DNA of 64,000 nt from an uncultured Odoribacter sp. GTDB taxonomy: Bacteria; Bacteroidota; Bacteroidia; Bacteroidales; Marinifilaceae. The DNA lies in the NCBI GenBank assembly GCA_910578985.1, contig CAJTSF010000007.1:3177-67176 (forward strand), given 5' to 3'. The number at the start of each line of letters is the position of its first letter. Position 1 is the stretch's first letter. The notes beneath the pieces were generated by a model that was given only the letters and a program-made list of their open reading frames with translations, did not search any database and had not been told where the DNA came from. The position numbers were made by a program, and so were the translations under genes. Of this stretch, positions 9,401 to 18,606 are shown piece by piece.

Positions 9401-10111
9401 ATGACAGCCGAAACCATCCTCTACGAACTCCGAATCGCGGGTTCCCCCGAAAAAGCCATCCACCTCGCCCGCTTTTTCAAGACAGGTCCCGGCGAATACG
9501 GCGAAGGCGACCTCTTCCTCGGCGTCACCGTCCCCGCCCAACGCGACATCGCCCGACGCCACACCGACACTCCCCTCCCCGTCCTCCACACCCTCCTCTC
9601 CTCCCCCTGGCACGAAGCACGGCTCACCGCCCTCCTCATCCTCCTCCAACGCTTCACCCGCGCCCGTCGCGACGAGGACGCCCGACGCGAATGCGTGGAC
9701 TTCTACCTTTCCCATACCCCCCGCATCAACAACTGGGACCTCGTGGACCTCACCTGCTACAAACTCCTCGGCGTCTGGCTCGAAAACCGCGACCGCACCC
9801 TCCTCTACCGCCTCGCCGGCTCCCCCAGCCTCTGGGAACAACGCATCGCCATCGTCACCACCATGCACTTCGTCCGCCGCGGCGACTTTGCCGACTGCCT
9901 CGCCATCGCCGACCTCCTCCTTCACCATCCCCACGACCTCATCCACAAAGCCGTCGGCTGGCTCCTCCGCGAAGTCGGCAAACACGACCGCCCCACCCTC
10001 ACCGCCTTCCTCACCCCCCGCGCCTCCACCATGCCCCGCACCATGCTCCGCTACGCCATCGAACGCTTCCCCGAAACGGAACGGAAAGAGTGGCTCAGAC
10101 AAGGAAAATAA
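9401..10111 (+). CDS. DNA alkylation repair protein (AlkD-like HEAT-repeat family)
   Basis: I chose the start at MTAETILYEL (ATG 9401), after the stop of the previous gene. Motifs: ARFFKTGPGEYGEGDLFLGV, WDLVD, LWEQRIAIV, KAVGWLLREVGK. Confidence 0.8.
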   Translation: MTAETILYELRIAGSPEKAIHLARFFKTGPGEYGEGDLFLGVTVPAQRDIARRHTDTPLPVLHTLLSSPWHEARLTALLILLQRFTRARRDEDARRECVDFYLSHTPRINNWDLVDLTCYKLLGVWLENRDRTLLYRLAGSPSLWEQRIAIVTTMHFVRRGDFADCLAIADLLLHHPHDLIHKAVGWLLREVGKHDRPTLTAFLTPRASTMPRTMLRYAIERFPETERKEWLRQGK

Positions 10112-10135
10112 ATACTTCCCTCCCCCATTGATTCA

Positions 10136-10155
10136 CCCCTCGCCACCGCGAGGGG
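10136..10155 (+). terminator. GC hairpin downstream of the AlkD-like gene (no U-tract)
   Basis: cccctcgc / cacc / gcgagggg forms a perfect 8-bp stem. It is not followed by a T-run, so terminator function is uncertain. Confidence 0.3.
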
Positions 10156-10173
10156 TCTGCTGCTCGTTTCACT

Positions 10174-10330
10174 GAGGTTTTCTTCGACCTTTCTTCGGCA
10201 CCACTCCCTAATCATTCCCTTATCACTCCCTAATCACTCACTTATAAATAAGGGAATGATAAGAAGTTGATAAGGATATGATAAGGAGTTAATGGTGAAG
10301 AAAAGTCGAAGAAAAATGCAGGCAAACCTC
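10174..10330. repeat. Element E1: ~157-bp imperfect palindrome built from 11-bp-phased units
   Basis: The apex is at 10246..10247. The left arm has units tccctaatcat, tcccttatcac, tccctaatcac and tcacttataaa starting at 10205, 10216, 10227 and 10238. The right arm has taagggaatga, taagaagttga, taaggatatga and taaggagttaa starting at 10249, 10260, 10271 and 10282. The arms pair at roughly 75%, including cttcgac/gtcgaag and gagg/cctc at the base. Confidence 0.8.
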
Positions 10331-10410
10331 TGCTCGACAGCCGCTTTGGTCTGGGAAAACGGAAGAAAGACAAAAATTCTTCCTGACTTTGTTTTTTTGG
10401 TTTTTCGATT

Positions 10411-10418
10411 TACCTTTG
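10411..10418 (+). promoter_or_regulatory. Candidate -7 box (TAccTTTG) in a long AT-rich spacer
   Basis: Exact TAnnTTTG match, 330 nt upstream of the lipoprotein gene. No ORF follows directly. Confidence 0.3.
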
Positions 10419-10609
10419 CGGAAATTCAAAAACAAATGCCTATGGAAAAATAAAAGAGATTTGCACTAAAATTCAACAATGCAGAAATCATGTATAGAAA
10501 TACATAATAATCTGCCATTTACATAAAAAGCGTTAGCTTTATCTTGTCTTCTGAAATTTCGACACTTTCTTAGACCCAACAGGAATAAAGCGTAAACGCT
10601 CACGTGAGT

Positions 10610-10689
10610 AACGTGGGCTTTACTTTGTTTGTTGGGAAAGGTCGTCGAAAACCGCAGAAGGCAAATAAAGGTACAGTCCCACGTTTTTT
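10610..10689 (+). other. Terminator-like or leader stem-loop ending in T6, upstream of the lipoprotein gene
   Basis: aacgtggg (10610..10617) pairs with cccacgtt (10678..10685), followed by tttt (10686..10689). A second layer pairs ctttactttg with caaataaag. A perfect 10-bp palindrome ctcacgtgag lies just upstream at 10599..10608. Confidence 0.3.
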
Positions 10690-10747
10690 ATGTGATGTAT
10701 TCAATAATTCAGCGCAGGGGCTGGCGCATCTGATTAAAAACAATAGT

Positions 10748-11518
10748 ATGAAAAAAATCTTGATGATAATTGGCGTTTTGACCGTTCTAAGCTCTTGTGC
10801 CACTATATTTAACGGTTCAAGAGCAAAAATCGTTTTCGACGCAAACAAAATCGATAAACCCGTGAATCTTACCGTAGATGGGAAAAAGTATTCTCATGTG
10901 ACGCTTCCTGCAAGAGTGAAAGTGAAAAGAGGATTCAAACCTTCACATGTATTGGCAGAAGCCCAAGGATATGAACCTTACTCCTTGATTATTAACAAAG
11001 AATTCAATGTAACGACCTTATGCAATATTTTGTTGGGAGGTGTACCCGGTATGGCCATCGACGCTGCTACCGGAGCCATGATGAAACCGGAATCCTCGTA
11101 TTACAATTTCAATTTCCGACCGATGAAAAATTACGTAGAAGACCCGACTATCATAGCAGGAGAAGCCGGAAATATGGTAAGTCGCGACAATCCCGGAGGG
11201 ACTGCTTTGGAACGAACGATAATACGCTGGTTCTTCGACTCCGACCCACGGGGAGCGAGAATTTACTGGCGGGTGGTATCAAGCATCCCCAGTATCGTAA
11301 AGAATACAAACGAAACCTACTTGATGACTACCCCATTCGAGGAGACAAGGGCATTTAACATACTGGGGCTGACCTACGAAAATTCACGCGACGTACAGAT
11401 AGAAATCAAAGTCAGCAAAAAAGGGTATGAAGACCAAGTGAAACGTTTCAACGTCCGACAAGCGATAGACCAGCAGGAAATCAGCAGTTTCTTCGAAATG
11501 GTCGAGAAAGAAGAGTAA
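10748..11518 (+). CDS. Lipoprotein of unknown function (PEGA-like repeats?)
   Basis: I chose the start at MKKILMIIGVLTVLSSC (lipobox LSSC). The upstream extension in the track ORF lacks a signal peptide. GC is about 43%, and the gene sits in an AT-rich islet. Confidence 0.7.
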   Translation: MKKILMIIGVLTVLSSCATIFNGSRAKIVFDANKIDKPVNLTVDGKKYSHVTLPARVKVKRGFKPSHVLAEAQGYEPYSLIINKEFNVTTLCNILLGGVPGMAIDAATGAMMKPESSYYNFNFRPMKNYVEDPTIIAGEAGNMVSRDNPGGTALERTIIRWFFDSDPRGARIYWRVVSSIPSIVKNTNETYLMTTPFEETRAFNILGLTYENSRDVQIEIKVSKKGYEDQVKRFNVRQAIDQQEISSFFEMVEKEE

Positions 11519-11566
11519 TCTTTTCATTTTCACGAGACTGTCTAACAAATCTTGTTTTAATATTTT

Positions 11567-11598
11567 CGCTCTTGTCAGAATGAACTCTGGCAAGGGCG
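11567..11598 (+). terminator. Hairpin terminator after the lipoprotein gene
   Basis: cgctcttgtcag / aatgaact / ctggcaagggcg forms a 12-bp stem with two G-U pairs. A T-rich tail follows. Confidence 0.5.
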
Positions 11599-11662
11599 AA
11601 TTTCAATTTCAAGGACTTGTTAATATGTTATGACACCAAACGTTTATCTTCCGCAATTTCCC

Positions 11663-11670
11663 TATATTTG
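11663..11670 (+). promoter_or_regulatory. -7 box (TAtaTTTG) upstream of the ABC-F gene
   Basis: Exact TAnnTTTG match, 25 nt upstream of ATG 11695. Confidence 0.45.
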
Positions 11671-11694
11671 CAGCATAAAGACGGAACAAAAGAT

Positions 11695-13581
11695 ATGATT
11701 AGCTATTTGCAAGTGGAAAATCTGAGCAAGCGGTTCGGGGAACAGTTGCTTTTCGAGCATATTTCGTTCGGCGTGGGAAAAGGGCAAAAGGTGGCACTGA
11801 TTGCACGGAACGGGATGGGGAAATCGACACTGCTGCGGATTATCGCGGGAAAGGACATGCCGGAGAGCGGAACGGTAATTTTCCGCAATGACATCCGGGT
11901 GGGGATTCTGGAGCAAGAGCCGACGCTGGAGGCGGAGAATACGGTGTTCGAGGAGGTGTTCCGGTCGGACGCGCCGGCACTGGCGCTGATTCGGGAGTAT
12001 GAGGAGGCTGTGGAACGGGAGGATACGGAGGCGTTGGAACGGTTGATTCCTGAGATGGACGCGCACGGGGCATGGGATTACGAAACGACGGTGAAACAGA
12101 TTCTGTCGGAGTTGAAAATCGACCTGTACGACCGGAAAATCCGCCATCTGTCGGGCGGGCAGAAGAAGCGCGTGGGGCTGGCGAAGGTGCTCATCAGCAA
12201 TCCGGATTTCCTCATCCTGGACGAACCGACGAACCACCTGGACATCGAGATGACGGAGTGGCTGGAGGAGTACCTCGGGAGAGCGAACATGACGCTGCTG
12301 ATGGTGACGCACGACCGGTATTTTCTGGACCGGGTGTGCAATCAGATTATTGAAATCGACGCCTACGGGCTGTTCGCCTATAACGGGAATTACGCCTACT
12401 ACTTGGAGAAGCGGGCGGAACGCATCGAAAGCCGGAACGCGGCGGTGGACAAGGCACGGAATCTCCTGCGCACAGAGCAGGAGTGGATGCGGAGGATGCC
12501 GCAGGCACGAGGGCACAAGGCGCAATATAGGATTGACAATTTTTACAAGCTGAAAGAGGCGGCATCGCAGGGGGTGACGGAACGGAAACTGGAACTGGAC
12601 ATCCAAGGGAAACGGCTCGGCAAGAAGATTCTGGAACTGGAGCACGTGACGAAGGAATTCGACGGGATGTGCGTGCTGCGGGATTTCTCGTATAAGTTCG
12701 TGCGAGGGGAGAAAATCGGTATCGTGGGCAAAAACGGAGTAGGCAAGTCCACATTCCTGAACATCATCACGCGGAACCTGGAACCGGACAGCGGTACGAT
12801 TTCCGTCGGGGAAACGGTGGTCTACGGATATTACAAGCAGAGCGGCATCGAATTTCGGGAGGGGGATCGCGTCATCGACGTGGTGAAGAATATCGCGGAA
12901 CGGATTGACCTGGGAAACGGGCGGGTGATGTCCGCTGGGCAGTTCCTGGAGTATTTCCTCTTTACGGACAAGCAACAGTACTCCCCTGTGGAAAAGTTGA
13001 GCGGGGGCGAGCGGCGGAGGCTGTACCTGCTGACGGTGCTGATGGGAAACCCGAATTTCCTGATACTGGACGAACCGACAAACGATTTGGATATCCTGAC
13101 GCTGAACGTATTGGAAGACTACTTGAAGGGCTTCAAGGGATGCCTCCTGATTGTGTCGCACGACCGGTTCTTCACAGACAAGGTGGCAGACCGTGTATTT
13201 GCATTCGAAGGGGACGGGGTGGTCAAGGATTTCCCCGGCAATTACACAGTGTACAAGAACCACAGGGAGGAGGAAGAGGAGTGCCGGGAAAGAGAGGAGC
13301 GGGAACGGAAGAAACAGGAGCCGAAGCCCGCCCCCGCCGCAACGGAGAAGAGCGGAAAGCAGCGGAAGATGACATTCAAGGAAAGGCAGGAGATGGAGCA
13401 ACTGGAGCGGGAACTGGAAGCGCTGAACGCGGAGAAGCAGGAAGTGGAGGCTGTACTCAGTTCGGGAACGCTGCCGGCGGAGGAACTGATGGCAAAATCG
13501 GAGCGAATCGGGGTGCTGATGGAAGAACTGGACGAAAAAGAGATGCGCTGGTTGGAACTAAGCGAAATAGAAAACAGATGA
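11695..13581 (+). CDS. ABC-F family ATPase (Uup/YheS-like, two ABC domains plus C-terminal coiled coil)
   Basis: I chose the start at MISYLQVENLSKRFG. It has two Walker A motifs (GKSTL / GKNGVGKST), two LSGG signatures (LSGGQKKRV, LSGGERRRL) and a charged C-terminal tail. Confidence 0.9.
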   Translation: MISYLQVENLSKRFGEQLLFEHISFGVGKGQKVALIARNGMGKSTLLRIIAGKDMPESGTVIFRNDIRVGILEQEPTLEAENTVFEEVFRSDAPALALIREYEEAVEREDTEALERLIPEMDAHGAWDYETTVKQILSELKIDLYDRKIRHLSGGQKKRVGLAKVLISNPDFLILDEPTNHLDIEMTEWLEEYLGRANMTLLMVTHDRYFLDRVCNQIIEIDAYGLFAYNGNYAYYLEKRAERIESRNAAVDKARNLLRTEQEWMRRMPQARGHKAQYRIDNFYKLKEAASQGVTERKLELDIQGKRLGKKILELEHVTKEFDGMCVLRDFSYKFVRGEKIGIVGKNGVGKSTFLNIITRNLEPDSGTISVGETVVYGYYKQSGIEFREGDRVIDVVKNIAERIDLGNGRVMSAGQFLEYFLFTDKQQYSPVEKLSGGERRRLYLLTVLMGNPNFLILDEPTNDLDILTLNVLEDYLKGFKGCLLIVSHDRFFTDKVADRVFAFEGDGVVKDFPGNYTVYKNHREEEEECREREERERKKQEPKPAPAATEKSGKQRKMTFKERQEMEQLERELEALNAEKQEVEAVLSSGTLPAEELMAKSERIGVLMEELDEKEMRWLELSEIENR

Positions 13582-14912
13582 TACGGGAAACGATAGATCG
13601 GTTTTTGGAAAAGCAAGGGATTCCGCGGGAGTCACGGTTTATCTTGGCAGTGAGCGGCGGGGCGGATTCGATTTGCATGCTGCATGCGTTCAAGTATTTG
13701 AATCTGAACATCCTGGTGTTGCACTGCAACTTCGCCCTGCGGGGCAAGGAGTCGGACATGGACGAACAGTTCGTGAAACGGTTCTGCGACAATTACGGCA
13801 TCGCCCACAGCGTGAAGAAGTTCGACACCACGGGGTATGCCCGTAAACACGGGATAAGCATCGAGATGGCGGCGCGGGAGCTGCGCTACGAGTGGTTCCG
13901 GGAAATGAAGGAGAAGAAGAGGATGGACTACATCGTGGCGGCGCACCATGCGGACGACGTGGTGGAGACGGTGCTTATCAACTTCTGCCGGGGCACGGGC
14001 ATCAAAGGGTTGCTGGGCATCAAGCCGGTGAACGGGGACGTCCTGCGCCCCCTGCTGGAATGCTCGCGGGAGGACATCCTGACGTATATCCGGGAGAACA
14101 AATTAGGCTATCGCACCGACTCGACCAACAATTCATTGGACTACACCCGAAACAAGATACGCCACCAGGTGGTGCCGGTGCTCAAAGAGATTAACCCGTC
14201 GCTGCTCGCCACCATGCGGGAGACCTGCGAGGCTCTGAAAGAGACGGAGGAGATTTTCAACTTCGGCATCCGCGAGTTGCAGGAGCGTGTCTGGGACTGC
14301 GAGGAGGACGAGATACTGATACACATTGGGAAGACACTTGCCTCCCCGGCACCCTACACCCTACTGTACGAGACGCTGCGCCCGTTCGGCTTCAATAAGA
14401 CACAGATACGGGACATTCTGCATGCCCATGACGCCACGCCGGGAAAACAATTCTTCGCGGGCGACCATATACTGGTCAAAGGTCGCGACTATTGGCGATT
14501 GTACGACGCACACAAACAACAACAAGAGACGACGACCATCCCCGGACCAGGGCAATACACGGTGGAAGGGCAAAGGTTCGAGGTATTCCGCTTCCCGCTG
14601 ACCGCCGACTTTGAGATTCCGACGGATGCCGACATCGCCTGCTTGGATGCGGGGAAGGTGAAGTTCCCGCTGACCGTGCGCCACTGGCAGGCGGGCGACT
14701 ACTTCTGTCCGATAGGCATGCAGAAAAGCAAAAAGAAACTGAGCGACTTCTTCACCAACCGCAAATTCAGCGCGCGGCAGAAGCAGGAATGTCTGCTGTT
14801 GGAAAGCGATGAAAAGATTGCCTGGGTCATCGGACACCGGTTGGACGACCGCTTCAAGATTACGTCATTGACAAAAGAGATGCTTATTGTCAAGCGATTA
14901 ACGGAAAAATAA
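13578..14912 (+). CDS. tilS: tRNA(Ile)-lysidine synthase
   Basis: The start MIRETIDRFLEKQ overlaps the ABC-F stop (ATGA at 13578..13581). The PP-loop is AVSGGADSICMLH. The 13140 start in the track lies inside the ABC-F gene. Confidence 0.9.
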   Translation: MIRETIDRFLEKQGIPRESRFILAVSGGADSICMLHAFKYLNLNILVLHCNFALRGKESDMDEQFVKRFCDNYGIAHSVKKFDTTGYARKHGISIEMAARELRYEWFREMKEKKRMDYIVAAHHADDVVETVLINFCRGTGIKGLLGIKPVNGDVLRPLLECSREDILTYIRENKLGYRTDSTNNSLDYTRNKIRHQVVPVLKEINPSLLATMRETCEALKETEEIFNFGIRELQERVWDCEEDEILIHIGKTLASPAPYTLLYETLRPFGFNKTQIRDILHAHDATPGKQFFAGDHILVKGRDYWRLYDAHKQQQETTTIPGPGQYTVEGQRFEVFRFPLTADFEIPTDADIACLDAGKVKFPLTVRHWQAGDYFCPIGMQKSKKKLSDFFTNRKFSARQKQECLLLESDEKIAWVIGHRLDDRFKITSLTKEMLIVKRLTEK

Positions 14913-14914
14913 TT

Positions 14915-14947
14915 AAAAAAACGAGACTATGAAGCCTCGTTTTTTTA
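14915..14947 (+). terminator. Weak A/T-flanked hairpin after tilS
   Basis: aaaaaaacgag ... ctcgttttttt has a short GC core, so confidence is modest. Confidence 0.4.
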
Positions 14948-15094
14948 ACACACTAACAATAAATTTACTACACAAATAGAATCATCCCGCCAAGGAATGA
15001 CGGTGCAAAGATACAATATTTAAAACGTTTGCAAAAATTTTCGGGAGAAATAATTTAATCGGACATATTATTTTTCATTCTCAAATATTTATCC

Positions 15095-15102
15095 TACTTT
15101 TG
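15095..15102 (+). promoter_or_regulatory. -7 box (TActTTTG) upstream of the small ORF and gap
   Basis: Exact TAnnTTTG match, 29 nt upstream of ATG 15131. Confidence 0.45.
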
Positions 15103-15130
15103 TTCCTAACATTTAGTAAATATCCATGCT

Positions 15131-15259
15131 ATGAGAAAAAGAAGAATGACGATAGGACTGATTGTAGGCGCCGTATGCGGCTTATTGGCGGCAAGCGTTT
15201 TGTCTTCATGCGCCATCGACCGGAAATGCCCGGCATATTCGCAAGCGTATATTAAATAA
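15131..15259 (+). CDS. Candidate 42-aa micro-lipoprotein
   Basis: Too short for the ORF track. My translation is MRKRRMTIGLIVGAVCGLLAASVLSSCAIDRKCPAYSQAYIK*. It has a positively charged n-region, a hydrophobic core and the lipobox LSSC. Confidence 0.4.
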   Translation: MRKRRMTIGLIVGAVCGLLAASVLSSCAIDRKCPAYSQAYIK

Positions 15260-15282
15260 CCGATTGAATAATTAAATATTAA

Positions 15283-16293
<1,011 letters not shown>

Positions 16294-16313
16294 TTTTTCT
16301 TCAATATTCAATG

Positions 16314-16347
16314 AAGCCGTTGCTGCCGGATGGTGCAACGGCTTTTT
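16314..16347 (+). terminator. Rho-independent terminator of gap
   Basis: aagccgttgc / loop / gcaacggctt followed by ttt. Confidence 0.75.
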
Positions 16348-16365
16348 ATTGTCCAACGCCGGACA

Positions 16366-16398
16366 TAAAAAATCGCCCGGAAAAAACTCCCGGGCGAT
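16366..16398 (-). terminator. Rho-independent terminator of the DUF1015 operon
   Basis: atcgcccgg / aaaaaactc / ccgggcgat. On the minus strand the stem is followed by ttttt. Confidence 0.7.
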
Positions 16399-16413
16399 AC
16401 TGTTTCGATTGGA

Positions 16414-17676
16414 TTAAATCTTGTGGATTACAAGACCCGAACGCAATTTCGGTTCGAACCAAGTCGTCTTCGGAGGCATGATATTGCCGGTATCGGCAAT
16501 ATTGATCAACTGCTCCATAGACACTGGATAGAGAGCGAAAGCAACTTTCATCTCCCCGCTGTCCACGCGTTTCTTCAACTCGCCCAATCCGCGGATACCT
16601 CCTACGAAATCAATACGTTTGGAAGTACGCAAATCCTGAATATCCAGAATATCCGCCAATACATGCTTGGATAGGATAGTTACATCCAGCACTCCGATCG
16701 GATCGGCATCATTATAAGAACCTGCCTTTGCCGTCAAGCGGTACCACTTGCCTGCGAGATACATGCTGAATTCATGCAGTTTCGCCGGATGGTAAATCTC
16801 CGCACCCATATCCTCTACGGTAAAATGAGCGTTTAATTTCTCCAGCAACTGGGCTTCCGACAGACCGTTCAAATCTTTCACGACACGGTTGTAGTCAATG
16901 ATTTTCAACTGATGGTCCGGGAAGTGTACAGCCATGAAGTAATTGTACTCTTCAGTACCGTTGTGGTTCGGGTTCTTCGCGCTATACTCCGCACCGATAC
17001 GGGCAGCGGCAGCAGTACGGTGGTGTCCGTCAGCCACATAAGTATAAGGAACCTTCGTAGCGAATAACTCTTCCAGGCGCTTATTCGTCTCCGGGCAATT
17101 AATCGCCCAGAAATGGTGACCGAAGCCATCCTCTGCCACGAAATCATAATCCGCTTTCTGGTTCTTCACAATATCCTCCACAATCGCATCGATTTCCGGT
17201 ACGGCACGGTAAGCGAAAAATACAGGCTCCAGGTTGGCATTCACATAACGGGTCAGCACCATGCGGTCCTCCTCCTTGTCGGGACGGGTCAGTTCATGTT
17301 TCTTGATGATACCGTTCATATAATCCTCACAAGCAGCACAACCTACGATACCGTATTGCGTCCGTCCTTCCATCGTCTGTGCATAGATATAGAATTTCGG
17401 TTCGGCATCCTGCACCAGCCACCCTTTCTCCTGGAACATCTTGAAATTCTCCACGCTCTTGTTGTACACAACTTCGGAGTGGATATCCGTTCCTGCAGGG
17501 CAGTCAATCTCGGCACGGGTCACGTGAAGTAACGACCTCGGTTTGCCGGCAGCCATCTGTGCCGCCTCCTCCGAGTTCATCACGTCGTACGGCAAACAAG
17601 CCAATTCCTCACATACTTCCTGATTGGGAGTACGCAATCCTCTGAATGGTTTTACAATAGCCATAACTCTCCTCAA
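16414..17676 (-). CDS. DUF1015 domain protein (function unknown)
   Basis: 420 aa with the N-terminus (MRRV)MAIVKPFRGLRTP. An alternative start is at 17664. It is the last gene of the gcvT-serC-serA block, 2 nt after the serA stop. Confidence 0.85.
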   Translation of the reverse strand: MRRVMAIVKPFRGLRTPNQEVCEELACLPYDVMNSEEAAQMAAGKPRSLLHVTRAEIDCPAGTDIHSEVVYNKSVENFKMFQEKGWLVQDAEPKFYIYAQTMEGRTQYGIVGCAACEDYMNGIIKKHELTRPDKEEDRMVLTRYVNANLEPVFFAYRAVPEIDAIVEDIVKNQKADYDFVAEDGFGHHFWAINCPETNKRLEELFATKVPYTYVADGHHRTAAAARIGAEYSAKNPNHNGTEEYNYFMAVHFPDHQLKIIDYNRVVKDLNGLSEAQLLEKLNAHFTVEDMGAEIYHPAKLHEFSMYLAGKWYRLTAKAGSYNDADPIGVLDVTILSKHVLADILDIQDLRTSKRIDFVGGIRGLGELKKRVDSGEMKVAFALYPVSMEQLINIADTGNIMPPKTTWFEPKLRSGLVIHKI

Positions 17677-17678
17677 TC

Positions 17679-18599
17679 TTATTTGTTTACTTTGAATTTA
17701 GCATCGCCGTGCTCCAGGAAAGCCACTATCTGACGGGCCGCAGCCAAACCGGCATTAACGTTCGCTTCTTCGGTCTGAGCCCCCATCTTCTTGGGAGTAA
17801 AGAAGTAACGGCCTTCGAACGGTGCAAAATCAGCTGCATTGTCCGGTGCGATGTCGGAAATATACTTAAAGTCGGGACGGTCTGCCATCAATTTCACCAG
17901 ACCTTCCTCGTCAATCACCTCTTTACGGGCGGTATTCACCAGGACAGCCCCTTTCGGCATGCGGTTCAACAACTCGTAATTGATTGACTTCTTCGTCTTG
18001 TCGGTTGCAGGGATATGCAGGGAAACATAATCGCACATGCCGTACATCTCTTCCACGGAATGCAACGGAGTTGCACCGGCAGCGATAATCTGCTCGTCCG
18101 TCATGAACGGATCGAAGGCATACACTTCCATGCCGAAACCTTTGGCGATGCGGCCTACATTCTGACCCACATTTCCATACGCATGAACACCGATTTTACG
18201 TCCTTTCAACTCTACGCCGGACTTGCCGTTATAGAAATTGCGGGCCATATAGACCATCATACCGAAAGCCAGCTCCGCAACGGCATTGGAGTTCTGTCCC
18301 GGAGTATTCATGGCAACCACACCGTGGTCGGTACAAGCCTGCAAATCGATATTGTCATATCCCGCACCGGCACGCACAATCACCTTCAGGTTCTTGGCAG
18401 CCTCAATGACCTCTCTGGTCGCCTTATCCGAACGGATAATCATGGCATCCACATCAGCCACGGCAGCAATCAACTGATCCGGAGAAGTATATTTCTCCAA
18501 CAATACCAGTTCATATCCCTGAGCCTCCACGATTTCGCGGATACCGTTTACGGCAACAGCCGCAAACGGTTTATCTGTAGCAATTAATACTTTAGCCAT
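17679..18599 (-). CDS. serA: D-3-phosphoglycerate dehydrogenase (short, D-isomer 2-hydroxyacid dehydrogenase family)
   Basis: I chose the start at MAKVLIATDKPF (18599), because the track start at 18647 would overlap serC. It has an NAD-binding motif, GVHAYGNVG, and sits next to serC. Confidence 0.85.
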   Translation of the reverse strand: MAKVLIATDKPFAAVAVNGIREIVEAQGYELVLLEKYTSPDQLIAAVADVDAMIIRSDKATREVIEAAKNLKVIVRAGAGYDNIDLQACTDHGVVAMNTPGQNSNAVAELAFGMMVYMARNFYNGKSGVELKGRKIGVHAYGNVGQNVGRIAKGFGMEVYAFDPFMTDEQIIAAGATPLHSVEEMYGMCDYVSLHIPATDKTKKSINYELLNRMPKGAVLVNTARKEVIDEEGLVKLMADRPDFKYISDIAPDNAADFAPFEGRYFFTPKKMGAQTEEANVNAGLAAARQIVAFLEHGDAKFKVNK

Positions 18600-18606
18600 A
18601 GTCACA

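Noticed and set aside
10205-10292. Short regularly spaced repeats that could be taken for a CRISPR array or iterons.
   Set aside because: The units are 11 bp and directly abutting, with no spacers. There are only four per arm, they are arranged as a palindrome, and there are no cas genes.
10599-10608. parS-like palindromes around CACGTG (ctcacgtgag here, and ggtcacgtgaag near 17517).
   Set aside because: They match the TGTTTCACGTGAAACA consensus at only 9/16 and 11/16 positions. The second lies inside a coding region.
11662-13401. 579-aa minus-strand ORF.
   Set aside because: It is antisense to the ABC-F ATPase, whose Walker and signature motifs fix the real frame.
13140-13577. Long N-terminal extensions offered by the ORF track (for example tilS from 13140, parA from 7229, SusD from 44342, flippase from 49815, lipoprotein from 10604).
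   Set aside because: The extensions overlap the preceding gene or an intergenic element, and lack the family-typical N-terminus or signal peptide that appears at an internal ATG.
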